64,000 nt of DNA from an uncultured Verrucomicrobiae bacterium (GCA_963719495.1 CAVRCI010000013.1:672001-736000), one strand, 5' to 3'. Positions 32,691-42,613 are shown, counted from the stretch's first letter. Program-made: numbers and translations. Notes: generated by a model not told the origin, from the sequence alone.

Positions 32691-33427
32691 TCCGCGTTGC
32701 CGGGAGGTGAAAGTGCCTTCACGGCTGAGACGCTATCCGATAGCGGGTCAATCCAAAGAGAACATCCAAAGAGAAATGACGCGCTTGACCGCGGTGCCCG
32801 TGGTGGCGATTGGCGCCACGATGAGGGAGGAGAGCGGGTTGGAGCCGCCTCGCCGCGCAGGGGTTGAGTGAATGGGATGTCGAAGATGAGACCGGAAAAC
32901 AGGACCTGGCAAAAGGCTGGCCCGCGCATTGCCGACTTCGGCGGCAGGATGGCGCCGCTCCTTGGAAGGACCTCCGACCTCTCCTCTCAGCCCTTGACCA
33001 CCCGACCTCCGCCGCCCGACCTTTGACCTCCCCTCGTCTCCCACCGATCCCGGTCGCAGGCTTCTCGCCTGTGGCCTTTTTTTGTGCCCTGATGAGGCGA
33101 TGATTCGGGTTGCGGTGTGATTTTTGTTGCTGGTGGGCAGCTGGCTCCTGTCGGGCTGTGGGGATTTGGAGATGGGTTGGCCAACGCACGAGGGCGTCGA
33201 TGGGTCGACGCTTGAGCAACAGGCTCAATCTGCGGCGCGGACGCTCCTCCTGCTGCGAGCTCACCCGCGGGTGAAGGGGGGCTGGTGGAAATGGCACTGT
33301 TTTAAGCCGATTTTCGGTGAAGAGCGCAAGGCGGTGAGGACGGCTTGGAGGCCGTCCCGCGCGAGATCATCGGCAACCGGGGTCTTTTCGATCAACGCTG
33401 GCGGTGTTGGTGGGGTGAGCGCGAAGT

Positions 33428-33518
33428 TGTAGCGGCGCGTCTGTGACCGCCGCGAACCATCTCGCTGGGTTCACGCACCCGGGTTTGACGACTCCGGCGG
33501 TCACAGACCGCCGCTACA
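33428..33518. repeat. GTAG-type REP doublet
   Basis: TGTAGCGGCG..TCTGTGACCGCCG and its inverse; also 39936-40025 and a single copy at 48316. Confidence 0.85.
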
Positions 33519-33785
33519 GTCGTGCCGACGATTCGCTTAAAACAGTGCCATTCGGGTCTGGTGGCGAGAGCCGATGACAACAATACGAATGCGGTTTTGA
33601 ACAGAAGGTCGCGATGGAAGCGAAGGGATTCATGGGTGGAGTGTCCAATAACCAATAAACTACCAACCAATAACTTGGGGGAAGTCTGACGGCTGAACTT
33701 CTGACATCCTGCCCTCGCCACGCGCCACGCGCCCGCTTTTCCTGAGTTTGAGATCGGGATCTGGCCGTGGGAATTGTGCCGCGGC

Positions 33786-35351
33786 TCAGAACTTGATCCC
33801 GGCGCCGAGGACGATGCCGGATTCGGCGACCTGATAGACGACGCCCGTGCGCTCGTAGTCGACGTAGTAATAGCGGTAGCCGAGTTCGCCGAAGATGTTG
33901 CGGGTGAAATTCACGCCGACCGAGCCGTTGAGGTTCCACGCGACCGACGAGCCGGCTCCGAAGCCGCCGACGTCGCATTGCGTGGATAGATACAGCCAGC
34001 GCGTGAGGTTCACCTGTGCACGGACGCCGACGATGGGGTCGACCCACCAACGGTCGCCGTCCGCGCGCGTCGGCAGTTCGTCTTCGAGCTTCTTGGTGAT
34101 CGCTTTGGCCAGCTTCTTCTCGGCCTTCGCGACGTCGGCTTCCAGTCCCTTGGTGTCGACCGAGCGGCTCAGGTCGTCGCGGTTGGCTTCGGCCGCGGCG
34201 AGGCGGGCGCGGGAGGCGGCGACGAGCGAGCGGGCGGCTTGGCGTTCCTCGCGGCCGGCTTGGTTGATTGTCTTCTCGAGGAGGCGCTCGGCGGCGTCGA
34301 CGCGTTGTTGGCCGAGGGCGACGACTTCGTCCGCGAGGCGGGCGGCAGTGGCGGTCCGGGCCGTGGCGACCTGCTGGCGGACGCGGGCCTCGACGAGGTC
34401 GCGGAATTCCCGCCGCACCGGCTCGAACACGCGGTCCAGTGCGCGGCGGTCGAGGGTCCGCCGGACTTCGCGCGGCGCCTCGGCCCAACGCTCGACCAAC
34501 GCGACGCCGACGTCGCGGCGGACGTCCGCGCGCACCGCCTCGCGCACGTCGTCGAACCGGGCGACGTCCGCGGTCACCCCGCTCTGGAGTGCGTCGGTGA
34601 GTTGGGTCTGCAAGGTCTGGAGGCGGTCGATGTCGGCGCGTTCGCCGCGCCGGATTGCGCGCTGGATTTCCCGCTGCACGTCGTCGAGTCGGGTCGCTGC
34701 AGCCGCCCGCGCGTTGGCCGCGGCGGCGGTGGCCTGGTCGCGCAATTCGGTCGCGCGGCGGGTGATGAGTCGATCCGTCGCCTCGGCGAGGCGGTTGGAG
34801 ATGCGTTCGCTGGTGTCGTCGCCGACGCGGGCGATGCCGCCGGCGTCCTGGTCGGCGCTGACGGTGAGGCCGAGGTAATTGTAGCGCGCGCCGACGTAGA
34901 AATCGACGAAGCCGCGCCGATCCTCGATGAGGCGGTAGGCGAGCGCGAGCTGACCCACGCCCTGCTGGACGCCGACGCTGGCGGATTCGTAAAGGGTGCC
35001 TCCGAGGTCGCCGTCGGCCTGGAGGTCGACGAAGAAGCCGTCGGCTAGCAATCCGAAGCGCCCGTAGCGCGCCTCGCCCTCGAGGAACGCGCCCCAGCGG
35101 AGGTTCGCGATGAGCGTCCGCGCGCTGTAGTCGATGTGGCTCGCGGGGAGTCCGCGCACGCCGACGTCTCCGGCCAGCGAGGGGAGCCAACCGTAGGGCT
35201 GGATGGAGAACGACCACGGGGAGTCGCGGGACTCCAGCACGGTGATCTCTTTTCCGGGATACGGGTCGGTGTCGAAATCGAGTGATCCCGTTCCGGCCCA
35301 CGCCGACGCGGTGGCGAGCAGGCCAAATGTGGCGGCGAGGCGAATGCTCAT
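33786..35351 (-). CDS. Outer-membrane beta-barrel protein with long helical insertion
   Basis: Signal peptide; PYGWLP, GARYNY, WVDPIVG, DVGGFGAGS, C-terminal F. Confidence 0.75.
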   Translation of the reverse strand: MSIRLAATFGLLATASAWAGTGSLDFDTDPYPGKEITVLESRDSPWSFSIQPYGWLPSLAGDVGVRGLPASHIDYSARTLIANLRWGAFLEGEARYGRFGLLADGFFVDLQADGDLGGTLYESASVGVQQGVGQLALAYRLIEDRRGFVDFYVGARYNYLGLTVSADQDAGGIARVGDDTSERISNRLAEATDRLITRRATELRDQATAAAANARAAAATRLDDVQREIQRAIRRGERADIDRLQTLQTQLTDALQSGVTADVARFDDVREAVRADVRRDVGVALVERWAEAPREVRRTLDRRALDRVFEPVRREFRDLVEARVRQQVATARTATAARLADEVVALGQQRVDAAERLLEKTINQAGREERQAARSLVAASRARLAAAEANRDDLSRSVDTKGLEADVAKAEKKLAKAITKKLEDELPTRADGDRWWVDPIVGVRAQVNLTRWLYLSTQCDVGGFGAGSSVAWNLNGSVGVNFTRNIFGELGYRYYYVDYERTGVVYQVAESGIVLGAGIKF

Positions 35352-36007
35352 CGACGGCTCCACGAGACGGATCCCCGCCGACCGGAGGCACTGCCGGAGC
35401 CACCGCCCCAGGCGGCGGAGCCCCGCGGACCGCTCACTGATCCCGAGCCGTAGTGCACCACACTCGGACCGTAGCGACCGCAGGAATAAGCTCCCCGCGC
35501 GTATCCGCGGCGGTAGCCGCGGCGGGCGGCTCCGGCGTAGGAGATCGGGGTGAGCGGCATACCGATGATGTCGATGAAGAGCGAGGCCGCCCCGTCGCCG
35601 ACGGTCGGCGCGCCTTCGAGGAACTCGATGTCGTAGGTCAGATTGCTGCCGGTGAGCCGGGGGTTGCGGAGCACGACGACGACGCTCGTGACGGTGTCTC
35701 CGTCCAGCACGGAGAGGGTGGCGTTCGGCGGGTCCTTCAGGAAGCTGTTGGCCCCCTCGCTCCACATCGGCACGAGATCGCGGGTGGGCATCGAGCCGGC
35801 GAGCCGCTCGGGCCGATCACTGAACGCGATGGTCGAATCGGAGACGCCGCGGAGCGTCATCGTGCCTTCGGAGAATCGGACGCTCTTTGCGTTTTGCACG
35901 AAAAGCAGGTCGGCTTGTTAGAGGTCCGAGCTTCCCGATTCCGGGGACGTCGCGCAACCGGTGACCAGCAGCGTGGCGAGGAGGGTGATGGCGAGTGGTG
36001 ATTTCAT
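35348..36007 (-). pseudogene. Putative lipoprotein with premature TAA at codon 30
   Basis: MKSPLA...LLVTGC lipobox; TAA 35918-35920; LFVQNA, FSDRPER.AG, DPPNATLS. Confidence 0.7.
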
Positions 36008-36070
36008 GGGAATTGGGTCGGTTTGGGTTCGAAGTCCTCTGAGAATCTCTTCGGTGATCGGTGGGGAAAT

Positions 36071-37543
36071 CTATTTCGCCTGCACGATCCCGGGCGGATT
36101 CCAACTGCCGCTGCCGGCGGGCAGGATCGACGGGGCCTCCGTCTTCGGCCAGTAGAGGCGCATTACGAGGTAGATCGGGCCGTCGGGCGCGGGCAACCAG
36201 TTGGCTTCCTTGTCCGCACCGGGGCTGTCCTTTTGGATGAAAAGCGTCACCGAGCCGTCGTCGTTCGTCTTCATCCCGGGGAGCATCGGGGAGTTGATGA
36301 GGTAGCGGTCGATCGGGTTTTCGATCAGGAGCTGCGTCTTGGCGTCATACATCGTGACGGACCAGAAGGAGTTGACCGGCGGGAGCTGGCCCTTGGCGAA
36401 GGTGAGCGTGTAGTCGTGCTTGCTGCCGTCGAGCGTGTCCCCGTCGGCGTCGTTGCGGGTGATCGGGTAGGTCGCCTCGGTGGCGTCGTTGCCGTAGATC
36501 CCGGCTTTGGCGGCGACGGCGCGGCGGAGCCAATCGCCGTCGTAATGCGCGGCGTCGCCGGGCATCGAGCCGACGCGCCAGCCGTTGATGGCGGTGCCGA
36601 CGTTGGCGACGGCCTCGGTGATTTTGCGGTCGCCCTCCTTCATCGCGAGGCCGACTTCGACCTTGTGCGCGTCGGACAACTCGGCGAACTCGAACGTCTT
36701 GCCGGGACCGACTCCGATCCGGGCGAGCTTGGCGCGGATTTCTTTTTCGTTCTCCGCGGCGGGAGCGAATTGCAGGGCGAAATCGAGGTGCTCGAAGAAA
36801 TTTTTCTTCGCGAGTTCGTCGTCGACCTTCGGGAAGTCGATCTCGGGCGCAGCGGGTGGCGCGGGTTTTCCGAGAAAGCCCGACAGCGGCTGGACACCGT
36901 AGCCCGCTTGCACTTTTTCGACGTTGGGCATGTCCGCCGGGTCGAAGAGTTGGGTGCGGAAGATCGCGATGGAAAACTCCGTCGAGGACGTGAAGACCTG
37001 GTCGATGCCCGCCGGCTTGTCGCCCGTCCAACCGGGGCCGGTCACCAGATACTTCCCGGCCTCGCTACCCGTCGCGCGGCTGCCGATGTAGCCGTAGTTG
37101 TAGGTATTCCCGTCGCAGAGTTGGACGGAATAGTAGCGATCCTTCGGCACAGCCGGGACGGTGATCACCATCGGCTCGGCTCGCAGATCGAGCCAGAGCA
37201 TCGAGTAGGGGGTGTCGCTGTTCGGCGTGACGACCGCCGTGTCCTTGTAGGTGAAAGTCTTGTGCTCGTTCTCGAGCTCGTTGAACGGCGCCTTGAACTG
37301 CCCCGAATCCTGTTCGACGGCAAATTGATACATCACCGTGTAATTCATCACGATGGGCAGACCGTAGATGAATCCGGCCTCGGCGATTTCCGCCGTCTCG
37401 GCGATGCCGGGCGCCTCGACGCCGTCCTGACGATCTGCCGCGTCGGCGGCAGCGATGGGGTCGGCGGTTTCCGCGAAGCCGGGTTGCGGGATGGCGATCA
37501 GGAGGCTCGCGAGCGCGAGCGGGAGGAGGCGGGTTGGAATCAT
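36071..37543 (-). CDS. DUF1254/DUF1214 domain exported protein
   Basis: IYGLP, TPNSDTPYS..WLDL..EP, PPVNSFWSVTMY, NWLPAP, MRLYWP. Confidence 0.9.
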   Translation of the reverse strand: MIPTRLLPLALASLLIAIPQPGFAETADPIAAADAADRQDGVEAPGIAETAEIAEAGFIYGLPIVMNYTVMYQFAVEQDSGQFKAPFNELENEHKTFTYKDTAVVTPNSDTPYSMLWLDLRAEPMVITVPAVPKDRYYSVQLCDGNTYNYGYIGSRATGSEAGKYLVTGPGWTGDKPAGIDQVFTSSTEFSIAIFRTQLFDPADMPNVEKVQAGYGVQPLSGFLGKPAPPAAPEIDFPKVDDELAKKNFFEHLDFALQFAPAAENEKEIRAKLARIGVGPGKTFEFAELSDAHKVEVGLAMKEGDRKITEAVANVGTAINGWRVGSMPGDAAHYDGDWLRRAVAAKAGIYGNDATEATYPITRNDADGDTLDGSKHDYTLTFAKGQLPPVNSFWSVTMYDAKTQLLIENPIDRYLINSPMLPGMKTNDDGSVTLFIQKDSPGADKEANWLPAPDGPIYLVMRLYWPKTEAPSILPAGSGSWNPPGIVQAK

Positions 37544-37806
37544 GGTCGTTCGTGTTTCGGGTTCGAAAGAGGTCAGGAAATAGGAGCACTCGATCATCGG
37601 TGGATTGACCGACCCGACCAACTCACTTGCGTATCCCGAAAACGCAGTTTCCAGTCCGGTTCCCGCTGTCGAAGGAAATGCGGGCTTGGCGATGAATCAT
37701 CGCACGTCGGCGAGGAGGTCTTTCCTTGTTTGGTCCGTGGACGTAACGCGGATAAAACCAAGGCGCGGATATTCGATTTCGCGCACGACGCAGACGCAGA
37801 GAGCAA

Positions 37807-38124
37807 TCACGGCGGCGGGTGGATGCTCGTGGCGGCGGCGCGTTTGGTCATGATTTTGCTAATCGCGTTTAGCGAGCCGAGCAGCAGCGTGGTCAGCGAC
37901 GAACCGCGACGAACCGCGACGCCGCACCCGAGAACGTGAACGCGATCAGCAGCCCGAACAGCCCAAACACCGCACCCTCCACCGCGTCGGCCCCAACCGT
38001 GGACCCTTCGCGGTCCACCGCCCGCCGACGCTGACCCACCCGGCGGCCGAGCTCGAGGAAGAGCAGTACGCCGACGAGCAACGCGATCGCGAAAGGCAGG
38101 GATTCGATGGGGATGGGAGTCATT
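37807..38124 (-). pseudogene. DUF4239-like membrane protein remnant
   Basis: ELGRR.G...VEGAVFGLFGLLIAFTFSGAASRF, then frameshift and deletion. Confidence 0.6.
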
Positions 38125-38190
38125 GTGTTCTGCGGCGATTTGCGGCGGCGGGACGCCGCCGCCCGCACCCGGGACGGGCGCGCTCCCCAC

Positions 38191-38340
38191 CTATTTCGGG
38201 AAGAGAAACTGACCCTGGAGCCGGATCGACCAGTCGGGGCCGAACTCCGGCGCCGTCGCGTTGAGCGGGAGTTTGCCGAGGTGCATGATCTTGCCGCCGC
38301 CGCCGCCGAGCGGCACCGTCCAGCGGTCGTCGACCTCGGT
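38191..38340 (-). pseudogene. C-terminal remnant of an outer-membrane barrel protein
   Basis: DDRWTVPLGGGGGKI..LGKLPLN...GPDWSIRLQGQFLFPK*. Confidence 0.6.
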
Positions 38341-38421
38341 TTCCAAAAATTCGAGTCCGTAAGTTCCGTCGACCTGACGATTTGAGCGAAGAATGAGCGT
38401 ATCCGAAAAACGCAGTTATTA

Positions 38422-39495
38422 ATGACCTTGCGGGCTCATCCGAGGCCTGTCAGGAAATGCCAGATGCTTCCTCCGCACACTGTTGCGATGCAAATCGACG
38501 GTCCCGAGATGCTTACGGAGGCAATCCGAAACGCCCACATCGACCCCCGGCTACTCGATGCCCGCCCCGGGCGCAGCCGCATCGCGCGGGTGCCCTTCAA
38601 CCGGACGTGCCTGGACCTCGTTTCTCTCGACTCACCCTTCCGGTTCACCGGGGCGATGCCGAAGGATGCCTACACGTTGATCTTCATCCTCGCCTGTCCG
38701 GAGACCGGTCACGCCTTCAACTTCCCCGCGTCGCACACCGACGGATTCCTCGGTTTGTTTGCGCCGGGGGGCGACCTCGACGCCATCACCCCGTCCGGCT
38801 ACGCCAACGCCACGCTGACCGTCGCCGTCGACGAATTCCACGCGGCGATGACGCTGGTCTGCCCGGAGCTCCCGGATCGGGCGCTCGCGGAAGGCCTCGC
38901 GATGCGCGTCGGTGCCGCCGAGCAGGCGCGTCTGCGCACGCTGATCGCCGCCGTCGAACGAGAGATTTGGGACCCGCGATCGTTCGCCCGAGATCCGTGG
39001 ATCTACCTGGACCTCGAGCGCGACCTGATCCACGCGTTTCTCGACTGCGTGCGGAGCGGCGTCGGTGCGGTCGTGGCGGCACCCCGGCAGTGCGTGACGA
39101 GACGGCACCGCAAGCTCCGGCTCGTGGAGGAATTCATCGAAGCGAACGCCACGGCCGGCATCGATATCGGTCAACTGTGCGCCGTCGCCGATCTGAGTCA
39201 TCGGGGACTCGAAAATCTCTTCGGCGACTTCGTTGGGATGGGTCCGATGGCCTACCTCAAACGCCATCGACTCCACCTCGCCCGGCGCGCCCTCATCGAC
39301 CACGGACCCGCCGTCGGCATCGTCAAACGGGTCGCCCTCGACCACGGCTTCTGGCACCTCGGGCACTTCGCCGAGAGTTACCTCGGTCTCTTCGGAGAGG
39401 GGCCCGTTCAAACGGCGAATCGTGCGCTTCGCCCCAAGAGCCGCTGGCCCGGCTGGCGCGCACCGGCGAGCCAGAACGGCTCGACGCGAGCATGA
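38422..39495 (+). CDS. AraC family transcriptional regulator (EutR-like)
   Basis: I.QLC...LS.RGL...F....GMGP.AYL...RL..AR; VA...GFWHLGHFA..Y..LFGE.P; start may be 38482. Confidence 0.9.
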   Translation: MTLRAHPRPVRKCQMLPPHTVAMQIDGPEMLTEAIRNAHIDPRLLDARPGRSRIARVPFNRTCLDLVSLDSPFRFTGAMPKDAYTLIFILACPETGHAFNFPASHTDGFLGLFAPGGDLDAITPSGYANATLTVAVDEFHAAMTLVCPELPDRALAEGLAMRVGAAEQARLRTLIAAVEREIWDPRSFARDPWIYLDLERDLIHAFLDCVRSGVGAVVAAPRQCVTRRHRKLRLVEEFIEANATAGIDIGQLCAVADLSHRGLENLFGDFVGMGPMAYLKRHRLHLARRALIDHGPAVGIVKRVALDHGFWHLGHFAESYLGLFGEGPVQTANRALRPKSRWPGWRAPASQNGSTRA

Positions 39496-39893
39496 CAACG
39501 CTCCACCGCTCGCCCCGCGGCAACGTGTTCATCGATCCGCGCGGGCTGATCGAGGTCATCGTCAACAACGACGCGAACCTGGAAATGACCGACCTGCGCG
39601 ACATCTCGCGGCTGCTGGTCGGTCGAGGCATCGCCGCGATCCCCGTCCTCGTCACCCGGATCAATTCCTACCCGGCGCCGACGGATTTCAACATCCTCGA
39701 CCTGCACGAGATCGGCGACTTGCGGGTGACGCGCATCGCCTACTACGCGCTCTCGCCGAGCGACCAGATCGTGTCGAACCTCATGCGGCTCACGGCGTTT
39801 CGAAACGTGGAGTCGCGGGTCGTCGCCGATCGATATCTCGCGGTGGACTGGCTGCTGAGCAAGGACGCCGCACCCTCTTTCTCATCATCATAA
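39492..39893 (+). CDS. Hypothetical protein (possibly STAS/SEC14-like)
   Basis: ATGA coupling to AraC gene; alpha/beta pattern ending AVDWL. Confidence 0.55.
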   Translation: MTTLHRSPRGNVFIDPRGLIEVIVNNDANLEMTDLRDISRLLVGRGIAAIPVLVTRINSYPAPTDFNILDLHEIGDLRVTRIAYYALSPSDQIVSNLMRLTAFRNVESRVVADRYLAVDWLLSKDAAPSFSSS

Positions 39894-40103
39894 TCTTTGT
39901 CTTACACCAAATCCCACGATTGACCTGACCATTGCTGTAGCGGCGGTCTGTGACCGCCGCCGTCGTCTCGAGCAGCGTCAATTTCCAGGTCGCAAGATCT
40001 GCGGCGGTCACAGACCGCCGCTACATTTATTACCGTATTCGCAGTGCCGGGCGGGGGTGAGGTGAGGGGCGACGAAGACAATGATTAGGATTGAGAGACG
40101 GAG

Positions 40104-41912
40104 TTATTCGCCTTCGGCGGCTTTGCGCTTTTCTTCGAGTTGCTCCCAGCGGGTGAAGGCGGTTTGGGTTTCGCGTTCGATCTCGGCGATTCTCGCCTGG
40201 AGGCGGGGGATTTCGCCGGGTTCGTCGCGGTAGAGTTCGGGGGACGCGAGGCGTTCGGAGACGGCGGCGTGCTCGGTTTCGAGGCCCTCGATTTGGCCGG
40301 GGAGGCCTTCGAGTTCGCGGCGCTCGACGTTGAGGAATTTGAGTGCGGCCTTTGGCCGGGGTTGGGTTGGTGATCGGCTGGAAGCCGATTCCACGGGGGC
40401 GGGGGCGAGTTTTTTCTTTTCGCGTTGGTGGAGCCAATCCGCGTAGCCGCCGACGTATTCGTTGACCGTTCCCTCGCCTTCGAAGACGAGGGTGCTGGTG
40501 ACGACGTGGTCGAGGAATTCGCGGTCGTGGGAGACGAGGAGGAGGGTGCCGGAGTAGTTGACGAGGAGCTCTTCGAGGAGCTCGAGGGTCTCGGCGTCGA
40601 GGTCGTTCGTGGGTTCGTCGAGGACGAGGAGGTTAGCCGGTTGCAGGAAAAGGCGGGCGAGGAGGAGGCGGTTGCGCTCGCCGCCGGAGAGGGCGCTGGC
40701 GGGGAGGCGGATGCGATCGCTGCGGAAGAGGAAATCCTGGAGGTAGCTGTGGATGTTCTTCGGCTTGCCGTCGAAGTAAACGGTGTCGGCCTCGCCGGCG
40801 ACGTTCTCGGCGACGGTCTTGCTGTTGTCGATCTGAGCGCGGAGCTGATCGAGGTAAACGACGTCGAGGTTGGTGCCGACGGTGATCTCGCCGGTGGTGG
40901 GGGCGAGGCGGTCGAGGAGGAGTTGGAGGAGGGTGGTCTTGCCGCTGCCGTTGGGGCCAATGATGCCGATCTTGTCGCCGCGCCAAATGGTCGTGTCGAG
41001 GTCGCGGATAATGGTCTGGTCGCCGTAGGAGAAGGAGACGGCTCGCGCATCGATGACCTTCTGACCGGAGGTGCCGCCGGCGGCGACGTTGAGGGTGGCA
41101 GTGCCTTCGCGCTCGCGCCGTTGGCCGCGGGTGCGGCGCAGGGCTTCGAGGGCGCGGACGCGGCCTTCGTTGCGGGTCCGGCGGGCTTTGACGCCCTGGC
41201 GGATCCAGGCTTCTTCCTGGGCGAGCTTCTTGTCGAACGTGGCCCATTGTTTTTGTTCGGCGGCGAGGGCGGCGGCTTTTCGTTCCAGGAAGGTGGTGTA
41301 ATCGCAAGCCCAACTGGTGAGTTGGCCGCGGTCGAGCTCGATGATGCGGGTGGCGACGCGGCGAAGAAAGGCGCGGTCGTGCGTGACGAAAAGGAGGGTG
41401 GGCTTGGATTCGAGGAGGAAATTTTCCAGCCAAAGAATGGAGTCGAGATCGAGGTGGTTGGTGGGCTCGTCGAGCAGGAGGACGTCGGGCTGGGCGGCGA
41501 GGGAACGGGCGAGGAGGACGCGACGCTTGAGGCCGCCGGAGAGGTCGGCGAAGGGAGCGTAGGGGGGGAGGTTCATCGTCTCGGCGAGGTCCTCGAGGCG
41601 GACGTCGGATTCCCATTCCTCCTCGTGACGGTCGGGGCTCAGGCCGGAACGGAGGACGTCGATGACCTCGCCGCCGATGTCGCGGGGGACCTCCTGCTGG
41701 AGGCGGGTGAGGACGGTGGCGGGCGGGTGGATGACTTCGCCGGCGCTAGGGGTTTCCTCCCCCCCGATGACACGGAGGAGGCTGGTCTTGCCGGCTCCGT
41801 TGCGGCCGAGGAGGCAGACGCGCTCGCCGGGATCGATCTGGAGGTCGACGCCGTCGAGGATCGGGTCGCCGCCGTAGCTGAGGGTGACGTTGCGGAGTTG
41901 GAAGAGCGGCAT
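40104..41912 (-). CDS. uup: ABC-F family ATPase Uup
   Basis: Two ABC domains (GRNGAGKT, LSGG, DEPTN), WIRQGVKARRTRNEGRVRAL linker, C-terminal coiled coil. Confidence 0.9.
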   Translation of the reverse strand: MPLFQLRNVTLSYGGDPILDGVDLQIDPGERVCLLGRNGAGKTSLLRVIGGEETPSAGEVIHPPATVLTRLQQEVPRDIGGEVIDVLRSGLSPDRHEEEWESDVRLEDLAETMNLPPYAPFADLSGGLKRRVLLARSLAAQPDVLLLDEPTNHLDLDSILWLENFLLESKPTLLFVTHDRAFLRRVATRIIELDRGQLTSWACDYTTFLERKAAALAAEQKQWATFDKKLAQEEAWIRQGVKARRTRNEGRVRALEALRRTRGQRREREGTATLNVAAGGTSGQKVIDARAVSFSYGDQTIIRDLDTTIWRGDKIGIIGPNGSGKTTLLQLLLDRLAPTTGEITVGTNLDVVYLDQLRAQIDNSKTVAENVAGEADTVYFDGKPKNIHSYLQDFLFRSDRIRLPASALSGGERNRLLLARLFLQPANLLVLDEPTNDLDAETLELLEELLVNYSGTLLLVSHDREFLDHVVTSTLVFEGEGTVNEYVGGYADWLHQREKKKLAPAPVESASSRSPTQPRPKAALKFLNVERRELEGLPGQIEGLETEHAAVSERLASPELYRDEPGEIPRLQARIAEIERETQTAFTRWEQLEEKRKAAEGE

Positions 41913-42010
41913 TGGGTCGGGCAGGGTAACCGAACGCGGTCGCTCGGCAACTTCCGAGCGCGCAATTGGGGTTGCCGGTGCGATGCTAGTGCAAAATAAC
42001 CCTCTCGATC

Positions 42011-42565
42011 ATGGAAGAAATCAGCACCAACCTCGCCGTCAATCCGGCCTTCGGCCCCGTCCTCACCATCGTCGGAGGGGCGCTGCTGCTCCTGCTGGGG
42101 CGGAAGCTTTACTGGGTTTTTGTGGGCGTGATCGGGTTCCTCGCCGGAATGAAGTTCGGCGCGGAGCTGGTCGCGGGTCAGCCGGAATGGGTGTTGCTGG
42201 TGGCGGCGGTGATCGTGGGACTGGTGGCGGCGTTGCTGGCGGTGGTGTTGCAGCGGATCGTGATCGCGATCGCGGGGGGTTACGCCGGCGGATTGATGGC
42301 GATGGAGTTGGCGATCGCGTTTGGCGTCGTGACGCAGTCGGTGCAATGGATCGCCTTTGCGGTGGGGGCGGTGATCGCGGCGATTCTGGTGTCGCTGGTG
42401 TTCGATTGGGCGCTGATTCTGATCTCGTCGCTGCTGGGCGCTCTGGTGATCGCGCAGAGTCTCGGGCTGGAGGCCGCGCTGTTGGCGGTGGCGGTGGTCG
42501 TGCTGGCGGCGATCGGGATCGTGGTGCAGATGGCGCTGTTGCGGCGTGGATCGGCTGCTGTTTGA
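42011..42565 (+). CDS. DUF4203-like membrane protein
   Basis: LLGRKLYWVFVG..GF; highly hydrophobic. Confidence 0.7.
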   Translation: MEEISTNLAVNPAFGPVLTIVGGALLLLLGRKLYWVFVGVIGFLAGMKFGAELVAGQPEWVLLVAAVIVGLVAALLAVVLQRIVIAIAGGYAGGLMAMELAIAFGVVTQSVQWIAFAVGAVIAAILVSLVFDWALILISSLLGALVIAQSLGLEAALLAVAVVVLAAIGIVVQMALLRRGSAAV

Positions 42566-42613
42566 AAAAAGTTTCGACTGGCGCCCCGCCGAATACCGTC
42601 GACGGTGCGACTC

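Noticed and set aside
4500..33800. Integron or superintegron
   Set aside because: No tyrosine recombinase seen; I could not identify attC-type RYYYAAC...GTTRRRY sites; cassettes are in both orientations. An attC scan would settle it.
3800..33800. Frameshifts as generic long-read indel errors
   Set aside because: Genes from 40 to 64 kb show no such breaks, and many lesions are substitutions or element insertions; individual cases still need read checks.
3746..35920. Stop-codon reassignment explaining in-frame TAG/TAA
   Set aside because: Intact genes end in TAG (48111, 60541, 61909) and TAA; the stops accompany frameshifts, and paralogs show sense codons at some of these sites.
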